Positions 8,423 to 21,373 of a stretch of 48,443 nt of DNA are shown piece after piece; the stretch's first letter is position 1; each line of letters begins with the position of its first letter. The DNA comes from a virus (Duplodnaviria > Caudoviricetes): positions 1-48,443 of IMG/VR virus record IMGVR_UViG_3300026825_000027. The stretch is one strand, 5' to 3'. The notes under the pieces were generated by a model. It had not been told where the DNA came from. It did not search any database and saw only the letters and a list, made by a program, of their open reading frames with translations. The position numbers and the translations under genes are program-made.

Positions 8423-9495
8423 ATGGCATGGTGTCACGTCCCCGGCACGGATTGTCCCTCTGCGCAGGCGGCGGAGGCCTTGATCTGGGCCTCATGCTCG
8501 CTGAACCCGGCTATCACACCCGCGCCTTTGTCGAGTGGGAGGACTGGCCGCGCGCGGTCCTCATCGCCGCCCAGCGCGCAGGGTACTTCGCCAAAGCCCC
8601 GATCTGGACCGACCTGCGCAGCTTCGATGCCCGGCCGTTATGCGGGGCCTTCGATGCCGTGCTCGCAGGCTACCCTTGCCAGCCCTTCAGCGCGGCCGGA
8701 AAGCGCGGCGGCGCCGACGATCCCCGTCAACTCTGGCCCGACGTCGTCCGCGTCATCCGCGAATGCCGCCCCGAATGGGTCTTCCTCGAAAACGTCGCCG
8801 GGCATGTCACCCTCGGCCTTGAAACCGTCCTGCGAGAGCTTTGGGGATTGGGCTACACGCCTGCGGCGGGCCTGTTCTCGGCGGCAGAGGTCGGCGCGCC
8901 GCACGAGCGGCTGCGTATCTTCATCCTGGCCCACACCGATGAGCCTGCATCCAGGCACTGGCAGCTACAACCCGGCCGGGAACAGCGACTTCACGAGGAA
9001 GGCGGAAGCGCTGGCGCTGGGCATCGCGAAGGCCCTGCCGAAACAGTGGCCTACCCCGGCGGCACAGAACTGGAAGGGGTCGAGCGAGGCCAGCGTCACC
9101 CGCAGCGACGGGAAATCCCGGATGGACCTGCTGCACTATCGGGCGGAACAGGGCTTCATCCGCCCGGCCCCACCGACCTTGCCGGATGGACCGCGGTCCT
9201 CGCCGCACGCCCCGATCTCGCGCCCGCTCTGGGCTTCGATGATTGCCTCGCATGGGCGCGCCGTCTCGCGGCGGATCCTGAAGGGCCGGTCGCGGCGGCG
9301 GCTGAACCCGCTCTTCGTCGGATGGCTGATGGGCTGGCCCATCGGGCACGCGCTCTGCGCCTGCTCGGCAACGGAGTTCACCCTCTGGCAGCGGCACATG
9401 CGTGGCGCTCTCTCGCAGCTGCCCATGGCCTCCGGCCCGTGGATCTGGCGGCCGTCCGATGCGGCCAAGCGCCCGGCGCAGTTGGATTTCCATGA
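8419..9495 (+). CDS. DNA (cytosine-5) methyltransferase, catalytic chain
   Basis: LSLCAGGGG (I), GYPCQPFS (IV), ENV (VI), PHERLRIFI (VIII), LLGNGV (X); GTGA overlap with the upstream stop. Confidence 0.9.
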   Translation: MNGMVSRPRHGLSLCAGGGGLDLGLMLAEPGYHTRAFVEWEDWPRAVLIAAQRAGYFAKAPIWTDLRSFDARPLCGAFDAVLAGYPCQPFSAAGKRGGADDPRQLWPDVVRVIRECRPEWVFLENVAGHVTLGLETVLRELWGLGYTPAAGLFSAAEVGAPHERLRIFILAHTDEPASRHWQLQPGREQRLHEEGGSAGAGHREGPAETVAYPGGTELEGVERGQRHPQRREIPDGPAALSGGTGLHPPGPTDLAGWTAVLAARPDLAPALGFDDCLAWARRLAADPEGPVAAAAEPALRRMADGLAHRARALRLLGNGVHPLAAAHAWRSLAAAHGLRPVDLAAVRCGQAPGAVGFP

Positions 9496-9511
9496 AGGAT
9501 TGCAGCCATGA
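8423..9511 (+). CDS. Overprinted +1-frame protein, putative second (TRD/motif IX) subunit of the C5 methyltransferase
   Basis: 362 codons open; two WPTP motifs and RRLNPLFVGWLMGWP; stop overlaps the next ATG (ATGA). Confidence 0.6.
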   Translation: MAWCHVPGTDCPSAQAAEALIWASCSLNPAITPAPLSSGRTGRARSSSPPSAQGTSPKPRSGPTCAASMPGRYAGPSMPCSQATLASPSARPESAAAPTIPVNSGPTSSASSANAAPNGSSSKTSPGMSPSALKPSCESFGDWATRLRRACSRRQRSARRTSGCVSSSWPTPMSLHPGTGSYNPAGNSDFTRKAEALALGIAKALPKQWPTPAAQNWKGSSEASVTRSDGKSRMDLLHYRAEQGFIRPAPPTLPDGPRSSPHAPISRPLWASMIASHGRAVSRRILKGRSRRRLNPLFVGWLMGWPIGHALCACSATEFTLWQRHMRGALSQLPMASGPWIWRPSDAAKRPAQLDFHEGLQP

Positions 9512-10188
9512 GTTTCCACGGCCGCGTCAGCGCCAACAAGGTCAAGCGCGCGCTGGGCGTGCAGGCCGCACTGGAATGGGCGTTCCGGATAGAACAGGCG
9601 CAGCTGGAGCTTCCGTTGCCCGCGGACGTCACCGAGGAAGGTTTCGGCTTCGGCCTGGAATACGTCCTGCTGCAACGGGCCGTGCTTGGCTGCAAGATCG
9701 ACGGCGGCCAGCACAAGATCGGCGGCTACACCCACGAGGACGCCGAGGTGATCGCCGCCACCGTCGCCGGAATCCCCGACAGCCTCGGTGGCAAGCGCAT
9801 GGCGATCCGCGTCGCCGAACTGGCCCGCGCCGGGCTGGCACCCGACTGGATGCCCGGTGCCGTCCCGCGCTGCGTGCCAACCATCGTGAAGCAGAACCAG
9901 CACGGCACGCATGTGGGCACCATCGTCGTCGGCACCGAGCGCGTCCGCGTGCGCGGCCCGGGCGCGCGCGCCACATGGAAAACCATCGACATCCTTGCCT
10001 GCCCGGTCACGTTCTCGCCCCATCCACAGCAGATCGAAGCCGCCCGGCGCGGATATGACGACTGGTGGCAGGCGCTGGGCTGGGTGCGCGAGGGGCTGAT
10101 CGCGGGCGGGATGCTGCGGGAGGTCGAGGTGACGGCTGCGATGCCGAAGGCGCGGCCTTGGGAAAGAACCCCGCCAAGCCGCTGTTAA
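9508..10188 (+). CDS. Hypothetical phage protein at the end of the early operon (Q-like position)
   Basis: 226-aa ORF with GAAGGA RBS and phage-like codon usage; function from position only. Confidence 0.7.
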   Translation: MSFHGRVSANKVKRALGVQAALEWAFRIEQAQLELPLPADVTEEGFGFGLEYVLLQRAVLGCKIDGGQHKIGGYTHEDAEVIAATVAGIPDSLGGKRMAIRVAELARAGLAPDWMPGAVPRCVPTIVKQNQHGTHVGTIVVGTERVRVRGPGARATWKTIDILACPVTFSPHPQQIEAARRGYDDWWQALGWVREGLIAGGMLREVEVTAAMPKARPWERTPPSRC

Positions 10189-10254
10189 CGGCTGGATTTC
10201 GCCCTCCAGCTGAAATACCGTCTGGAAAAGACTTGCCGGGGGGCAGATTTCACA

Positions 10255-11789
<1,535 letters not shown>

Positions 11790-11793
<4 letters not shown>

Positions 11794-13079
11794 CCGACTA
11801 TCCGACTCGTCCCCTGCGAGAATTTGCGCGACTATTTTCTGGGGGAACGCCGTCAAAGTCCAATCCGGCCTACTGGGGGGGCGCAGTTCCTTGGCTAACA
11901 CCAAAGGATATGTCGCGGTTCGATGGCACGACCCAAGACAGCGTGACGGAAGAAGCAATTGGGAACGGAACGCGCGAAGCACCGGCTGGTAGTATCTTTA
12001 TCGCCGTTCGCGGCATGTCTTTACACAATGAAATACGTATCATCCGACCGACCGTGCGCATGGCCTTCAATCAGGATGTAAAGGCTATTTCGCCCGACGC
12101 CTCCGTTGACGGGCGGTTCTTGCACTATGCCATGCTTGCGCGTGTGCCAGACCTTCGAGATGCTGTAGAGGCGGCGGGTCATGGAACCGGCGTCCTTCCC
12201 ACAGACCGTTTGTCCGATTTACCGATCCCGGCTCTGCCCCTCCCCGAACAACGCGCGATTGCCGCCACCCTCGGGGCGCTGGATGACAAGATCGAGTTGA
12301 ACCGGAAGATGAACGCCACGCTCGCGGCCATGGCGCGGGCGCTGTTCCGCGACTGGTTCGTCGATTTCGGCCCCACCCGCGCCAGGATGGAAGGCCGCCC
12401 CCCCACCCTCTCCCCCGACCTCTGGCCCCTCTTCCCCGACCGGCTGGATGACGAGGGCAAGCCGGAGGGGTGGGAAGTGTTCCGGCTGGGCGACCTCGCC
12501 GATCATCACACCCGGACCATTTCGCCGTCGGATAACCCGAGCGAGCTATTCGACCACTTCAGCCTGCCCGCATTCGACAAGGGCCAGAACCCTGCGCTGG
12601 ATCGTGGGGCGACCATCAAGAGTAACAAGACGCTGATTCCAGCCAGCGCTATTCTGCTGTCCAAGCTCAACCCAGAAATCGCGCGAGTCTGGCTTCCCGA
12701 GGCACCAACCGGCCATACGCAGATCGCTTCCACCGAGTTTCTGGCCTACACCGGAAAGAATGGTGTTGGCCGGGGGTTGTTGTTCTGCCTGTTCAGCGAC
12801 GATGGCTTTCGCGGGATGTTGCAGGCGATGGTGACTGGCACGTCGAAAAGTCACCAGCGCATTTCTCCGCCCGACCTGCTTCGGCGCGAGGTCCTGATCG
12901 GGAATGCCAAGATGTTCCGATGCTTCGAGGACGTGGTAAGCCCACTTCTGGACCGCGTCTTGGCCAACCGATCCGAATCCCGCACCCTCGCTCAGGCCCG
13001 TGACCTCTTGCTGCCAAGGCTCATGTCGGGCGAGTTGCGGGTGGCCGAGGCCGAGCGCCTGGCCGAAGAGGTGGCGTGA
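11790..13079 (+). CDS. hsdS: Type I R-M specificity subunit S
   Basis: Two TRDs; [17 protein letters not shown] spacer; [14 protein letters not shown]-terminus. Confidence 0.93.
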
Positions 13080-13654
13080 TGAACGAGGGGGTTGCGGCCC
13101 TGTTGGGGGCTATTGTGGGTTCGGGGATCGTCGTTGTTCGCGAATGGCTGGCCAGTTCGGCAGACAGTCGCAAGCGTGCGAAATACCTCGCCGTTCGCGT
13201 CGTGATCACGCTGGACAGGTTCGTTGACCAGTGCGCGGTCGTTTCGCTCGACGACGGGTATCTTGAAGGGAACTGCGACGAAGCAACGGCGACCACCGAA
13301 GCGCCCTCGCCCATCAGCTTCCCCGAAGACGTGGACTGGCGCAGTATCGATCACCAACTGGCCTACGATCTGCTTTCGCTCGGCAACAAGCAGCACGACG
13401 CCCAGCAGGCGATCAATACGGCGGCCGATTACGCCTCGCCCCCTGACTACAGCGAGTATTATGAAACCAGGCGCTACAGATATGCCCTTCTCGGGCTGGA
13501 AGCCGCAAGACTCGCCCGCATCCTTCGGGATACGCATGATCTTCCCAGAAGAACCTTCGGCGAATGGAACCCCGAAAGCAAACTGGAGGAGACACGCAAA
13601 GAGATTGAAGCGGAACGGGAAAAGGACAAAGCGCTTTCGTCCGAGCTGCTTTGA
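13076..13654 (+). CDS. Hypothetical protein with N-terminal transmembrane helix
   Basis: AALLGAIVGSGIVVV hydrophobic segment; coupled to the hsdS stop. Confidence 0.7.
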   Translation: MMNEGVAALLGAIVGSGIVVVREWLASSADSRKRAKYLAVRVVITLDRFVDQCAVVSLDDGYLEGNCDEATATTEAPSPISFPEDVDWRSIDHQLAYDLLSLGNKQHDAQQAINTAADYASPPDYSEYYETRRYRYALLGLEAARLARILRDTHDLPRRTFGEWNPESKLEETRKEIEAEREKDKALSSELL

Positions 13655-13711
13655 AAAGCCGCGTGCCAAGCCATACACTATCAAATTCGCCCACCTTTGA
13701 GATCAAACAGA

Positions 13712-14143
13712 ATGAGCGCAGCCGAGATCGATCTGACCAACCTGAAACGCGCCATCGTCATGCGGCTCGACCGAGAGGCGAAAGAGCATTCCAAGGGCCA
13801 CCAGAAGAGTTACGCAAACCGCTATTCGATGCGATCCGCGGACGGCGCCCTGATAGAGTTGATGTTCGAGAAGGGCGAGAAGTCCCCTGCCAATCTGTGG
13901 GTCAAAGAGGATTTCGTGCGGGACCTTCTGGATGGCAGCATCCCGTTCACGATTTCCCCCGCATCGAAGCTGTACCAGACCGTCAGCAAGACCGGCGAGA
14001 AGCAGTACGGACGTCACTCGGCGCTTGAGGACATGATGCAGCTTGGGAAGGCAGACCTGGTCTGTTTCGCCCTGCGGAGCATGGCGGACCTGGACCAGAT
14101 TCTGGCTGTGCTGGCGCGGGTTACGAGACCGGTGCGCGCATGA
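13712..14143 (+). CDS. Hypothetical protein (YGRHSAL motif)
   Basis: 143-aa ORF in operon orientation; no family recognised. Confidence 0.65.
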   Translation: MSAAEIDLTNLKRAIVMRLDREAKEHSKGHQKSYANRYSMRSADGALIELMFEKGEKSPANLWVKEDFVRDLLDGSIPFTISPASKLYQTVSKTGEKQYGRHSALEDMMQLGKADLVCFALRSMADLDQILAVLARVTRPVRA

Positions 14144-14289
14144 TAACCTTGACCGAAGTCAAAGCCGCCCCGCTCGATCACGCTGAATGGCAGGGGGATG
14201 TCTGCCTGACTGGTGCCGTTTCGGGCCTGAATGATTTCAAACCTGAGCGGGATGTCGGGTCGGAACAGATGGCGGAGGCGGTACGATGA
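14140..14289 (+). pseudogene. Degenerate copy of the hsdR 5' end (49 codons)
   Basis: MITLTEVKAAPLDH..AVSGLNDFKPER aligns with [28 protein letters not shown] of hsdR. Confidence 0.55.
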
Positions 14290-14337
14290 CCTGCCCGTGC
14301 ATCACGCCGCTGCGTTGCGTTTTTCGCAACTGGACTC

Positions 14338-14436
14338 TTGACCTGGTGGAGAAAATGCCCACTTATGCCGTCATATCCCCCTCGGCGCTTCGGTGCCGGG
14401 GCGCGCGGCGGCCCCAGTGGCCGCTGCTGCTTTTTT
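14338..14436 (+). ncRNA. Putative promoter plus ~65-nt two-hairpin leader/small RNA ending in an intrinsic terminator
   Basis: TTGACC at 14338; 9-bp hairpin with cUUCGg loop (14380-14401); GCGGCGGCC/GGCCGCTGC hairpin (14405-14427) then T6 (14431-14436). Confidence 0.5.
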
Positions 14437-14446
14437 GGGGGTTCGC

Positions 14447-15073
14447 ATGAGAACCCATGTCTATGTCGACGGTTACAACCTCTACTTTGGTTGCCTCAAG
14501 AAGACTCCGCACAAGTGGTTGAATCCGCAAGCGCTTTGTAGCGCGCTGATGCCGCAGAACGACATCCGTGCCATCCGCTATTTCACCGCGCAGGTCAGCG
14601 GCACCCCGCATGATCCCGACCAGCCGACCCGCCAGCAGACCTATTTCCGGGCCCTGCGTACCCTGCCGCAGGTCAGCATCCACCTCGGCCATTTCCTGAC
14701 CCACGAGGTCAGCATGCCCGACGCCGCCGACTGGCAGCGCGGAAGATACACCCCGCGGCGGGTGATGAAGACCGAGGAGAAGGGCTCGGACGTCAACATC
14801 GCCACGCATCTGTTGATCGACGCCTTCGATGATGCGTTCGACGTGGCAGTGATCGTCAGCAACGACAGTGACCTGAAGGAACCTATCTCGGTGGTTCGCA
14901 ACCGGTTCTGCAAGACTATCGGGATTCTCAACCCCCAAGCCAAGGTCAGCCGCGCCCTGCAACCGTTGGCGCATTTCATCAAGCCGATCCGGCCAGGCGC
15001 CTTGGCGAACGCGCAGTTTCCGGCCGTGATGCAAGACGCCACGGGCCAGTTTCACAAACCGGCGCGTTGGTAG
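14447..15073 (+). CDS. NYN domain (LabA/DUF88, PIN-like) ribonuclease
   Basis: YVDGYNL, EEKGSDVNIA, IVSNDSDL acidic active-site motifs intact. Confidence 0.9.
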   Translation: MRTHVYVDGYNLYFGCLKKTPHKWLNPQALCSALMPQNDIRAIRYFTAQVSGTPHDPDQPTRQQTYFRALRTLPQVSIHLGHFLTHEVSMPDAADWQRGRYTPRRVMKTEEKGSDVNIATHLLIDAFDDAFDVAVIVSNDSDLKEPISVVRNRFCKTIGILNPQAKVSRALQPLAHFIKPIRPGALANAQFPAVMQDATGQFHKPARW

Positions 15074-15082
15074 GGGATCGGA

Positions 15083-18217
<3,135 letters not shown>

Positions 18218-18220
18218 ATC

Positions 18221-18613
18221 GTGGATACCAAGCTGATCCGAGTTCTTCTATCACTTCTGGCCCTTGCGGCTGCTTCCCCTGCGCTTGGACAGAGCTTCTC
18301 CTGTCGAATTGGCACGCAGCCCGCATGCCTGGACTACGGTGACAAGGTCTGCTCGAGCAGCGGCATGTGCGTCGACCGTAACGCAGCCTGCTTCGATCAG
18401 TATCAGTGCAACTACGAGGGTTTCACCTGCAAATCAAACGTCACCGAATGCGTCGAAGCACATGACTCCCTGCTGCGAAAACACAATGAGCTGGTCGACG
18501 ATTTCAATGAGAACCTTGAGATTGCCAAGAGGATGGCAGCGCGCTTGGACGACATCGAAAGCTGCCTGATCTATGCTAGTACCCTCGAGGCTGCGAAGCG
18601 ATGTGCGCCATGA
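18221..18613 (+). CDS. Secreted cysteine-rich protein
   Basis: Signal peptide (LLSLLALAAASPALG), 10 Cys, coiled-coil-like C-terminal half. Confidence 0.7.
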   Translation: MDTKLIRVLLSLLALAAASPALGQSFSCRIGTQPACLDYGDKVCSSSGMCVDRNAACFDQYQCNYEGFTCKSNVTECVEAHDSLLRKHNELVDDFNENLEIAKRMAARLDDIESCLIYASTLEAAKRCAP

Positions 18614-18705
18614 ACCCGAAGCTGAAGATCATGATCATACGATGAAAACCGTGCCCCTAGCAGAAACAATTGGTCGGTTGCGATATTTTGGGGAGCAGTT
18701 TCTGC

Positions 18706-19713
18706 ATGGCGCTTTTTAACTGGCTGTTCGGCCGCACCCCAAATTCGATCCAACAGAACCAGCCCGCACCCTTGGAGGAATTTCGGCCATCTCCGATCAT
18801 CCGTGCTCCCGCCAGACCAGCATTATCGCACGCGGTCAGGGTGCCGGAGGGCAGCTTCCGCTTCGTCGCGCTGGATGTCGAAACCGCTTGCAGTGATGCC
18901 GCCAGCATCTGCCAGATCGGCCTGGCCTGCGTTCAACCCGACAACCAGATCCAGACCTTCTCCATGCTGGTCAATCCCGGCACCAGGTTCGACGCCTTCA
19001 ACATCCAGCTCCATGGCATTGGCCCGGACCATGTTGCGGATGCACCGCGGTTCCCTGACGCCTTGGATGCTTTGCTCCCTTTGCTGTCGCGCCACCATCT
19101 CATCCAGCATAGCAACTTCGACAAGCAGGCAATGAATGCCGCCTGCAGTTTCTGCGGCATCGACGCCCCTGACCTGCGCTGGGCCGACAGCGTCCAGATC
19201 GCGAGACGGGCGTGGCCCGAGTTGAAGGGTAATGGCGGGCACGGATTGGCGAACCTCAAGCGAACGCTGAACCTTCAGTTCCACCACCATGATGCAGGCG
19301 AAGATGCCCGCGCAGCCGCATTGGTCGTGCTGCACGCCGAGCTTCATCTTCGCCTTCCGTTTGAAGAACTGATCAAACCGGCCGCCAGAAAGAGCTACTC
19401 AGCCGCGATCACCATGGACGGCGACCCGACAGGCGTACTGGCCGGGTCTGTGGTGGTCTTCACCGGCGCATTGGGCATGTCCAGAAGCGAAGCAGCCGAG
19501 CTTGCTGCCCGCGCAGGTATATCCGTGAAGGCGGGCGTGACCAAGGAGACGACCCATTTGGTTGTAGGTGACCAAGATTTGAGCGTGCTTGCCGGGCACA
19601 CTAAGAGCAGCAAGCACCGGAAGGCCGAAGACATGCAGAGGGCGGGGCATCCCATTCGCATTATTGGCGAGAGCGCCTTCAAATCCCTCGTGGCTAAATC
19701 GAAAGCAAGCTGA
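18706..19713 (+). CDS. DEDDh 3'-5' exonuclease fused to a C-terminal BRCT domain
   Basis: ALDVET, HSNFD, HHDAGEDA; BRCT VVFTGAL..GVTKETTHLVVG. Confidence 0.88.
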   Translation: MALFNWLFGRTPNSIQQNQPAPLEEFRPSPIIRAPARPALSHAVRVPEGSFRFVALDVETACSDAASICQIGLACVQPDNQIQTFSMLVNPGTRFDAFNIQLHGIGPDHVADAPRFPDALDALLPLLSRHHLIQHSNFDKQAMNAACSFCGIDAPDLRWADSVQIARRAWPELKGNGGHGLANLKRTLNLQFHHHDAGEDARAAALVVLHAELHLRLPFEELIKPAARKSYSAAITMDGDPTGVLAGSVVVFTGALGMSRSEAAELAARAGISVKAGVTKETTHLVVGDQDLSVLAGHTKSSKHRKAEDMQRAGHPIRIIGESAFKSLVAKSKAS

Positions 19714-19726
19714 TCCCCCCTCCTCT

Positions 19727-19960
19727 GGTTCCTCCCCGGCGCCAAACGTATGCGGGGGGGCGCAGCGCGGCGGTTCGCTAGCGTGAGGCAGTTTCACCGG
19801 GGAAGCCAGGCGGAAGCCACCTTGCGACCTGATGCCGGAATTCGTGAGTCAGATCAGCGGCTTGCGGAATCGGGAGCTGGCCGGGGTGGATTCCCGGCGG
19901 GAAGCCAGGGAAGCCACCTCCGGGGAAGCCAGGTGGGCGGAAGCCACCACGGGAAGCCAA
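19727..19960. repeat. Putative cos/packaging region with GGAAGCCA repeats
   Basis: Seven GGAAGCCA copies (19801, 19812, 19900, 19909, 19924, 19939, 19952) around an IHF-like GATCAGCGGCTTG (19852-19864); upstream of the late operon. Confidence 0.55.
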
Positions 19961-19997
19961 TTCATTAGAAGCCGTTGAATCCGCTTCACTTTTCTGG

Positions 19998-20081
19998 TTG
20001 ACAGACCTGCCCCCATTGACCTACCCCTTGATCATCGAAGAATTGTGCCCGGAGGAACCCCCTCGCGTGCGCTTTTCATTT
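19998..20081 (+). promoter_or_regulatory. Putative late promoter followed by a short terminator
   Basis: TTGACA at 19998; imperfect hairpin 20045-20072 then TTTTCATTT. Confidence 0.45.
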
Positions 20082-20110
20082 CCCCTCCCCCACATCCCGA
20101 GCCCCATCCC

Positions 20111-21373
20111 ATGGACCTCGTCTTCGCGCCGAGCCAGGTTGAATCCTGGCCGATTGCCCGGCTGCGCCCCTATGTCCGCAATGCCAAGATGCACGGCGAC
20201 GACCAGGTGGCGAAGATTGCCGCCAGCATGGCGAAATTTGGCTGGACCGTGCCCTGCATGGTGGCCGACGACGGCGAACTGATCGCGGGCCACGGCCGGG
20301 TGCTGGCTGCCACGATGCTGGGGCTGACCGAGGTGCCGGTGATCCGGCTCAGCCACCTCGACGAGGCGGAACGCCTGGCCTACCGGATCGCCGACAACAA
20401 GCTGACGGAACTGGGTGAGTGGGACGAAGCCCTGTTGCGCGACGAGATCGCGGGGCTGCTGGCCGAGGATTTCGACCTGACGCTCTTGGGCATCAGCGAC
20501 GATGACCTCGACGCGCTGCTGCGGGATCCGGAGGCGCTGGGCGGCGATGGGCCGGTCGAGGGCGAGGACGATGTTCCGGAGCTGCCGGTCACGCCAGTGT
20601 CGGTGCACGGCGACCTCTGGCAGCTGGGCGCGCACCGGCTGATCTGCGGCGACAGCACAGCGGCAGATGTGGTCGGGCGGCTCCTTGGCGATGTCCGCCC
20701 CCTGTTGATGGTCACCGATCCGCCCTATGGCGTTGAGTACGATCCGTCCTGGCGCAACCAGGCGGGCGCGGCCAAGACCAAACGCACCGGCAAGGTGCTG
20801 AACGACGACCGCGCCGACTGGCGCGAGGCCTGGGCGCTGTTCCCCGGCGATGTCGCCTATGTCTGGCACGGCGCGTTGCATGCCGGGACTGTGGCCGACA
20901 GCCTGGAGGCTGCGGGCTTCGCCATTCGCTCGCAGATCATCTGGGCCAAGGACCGGCTGGTCCTCAGCCGCGGCGATTACCACTGGCAGCATGAACCCTG
21001 CTGGTATGCGGTGCGCGCCAAGGGCAAGGGCCATTGGGCGGGCGACCGCAAGCAGACGACGCTGTGGCAGATTGCCAATCGGGATCAGGATGCCGACACC
21101 GTGCACGGCACCCAGAAGCCGGTCGAGTGCATGCGGCGGCCAATCCTGAACAACTCCAGCCCCGGCCAGGCGGTCTATGAACCCTTCATGGGATCCGGCA
21201 CCACGCTGATCGCAGCCGAAGCCACGGGCCGCGTTTGCCTCGGCGTGGAACTGAACCCGGCCTATGTCGACGTCGCCATCGAGCGCTGGCAGTCCTTCAC
21301 CGGTCAGGAGGCTGTTCTGGCGGACACCGGCGAAACCTTCGCCGCCCTGAAGGCCAAGCGGCTCGCGGCATGA
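20111..21373 (+). CDS. ParB-N-terminal DNA methyltransferase (DPPY, likely m6A)
   Basis: IAGHGR ParB/Srx motif; TDPPY; HGTQKP; EPFMGSGT. Confidence 0.9.
   Translation: MDLVFAPSQVESWPIARLRPYVRNAKMHGDDQVAKIAASMAKFGWTVPCMVADDGELIAGHGRVLAATMLGLTEVPVIRLSHLDEAERLAYRIADNKLTELGEWDEALLRDEIAGLLAEDFDLTLLGISDDDLDALLRDPEALGGDGPVEGEDDVPELPVTPVSVHGDLWQLGAHRLICGDSTAADVVGRLLGDVRPLLMVTDPPYGVEYDPSWRNQAGAAKTKRTGKVLNDDRADWREAWALFPGDVAYVWHGALHAGTVADSLEAAGFAIRSQIIWAKDRLVLSRGDYHWQHEPCWYAVRAKGKGHWAGDRKQTTLWQIANRDQDADTVHGTQKPVECMRRPILNNSSPGQAVYEPFMGSGTTLIAAEATGRVCLGVELNPAYVDVAIERWQSFTGQEAVLADTGETFAALKAKRLAA

Noticed and set aside
19797-19960. CRISPR-like array
   Set aside because: 8-bp repeats with irregular spacing, no unique spacers, no cas genes
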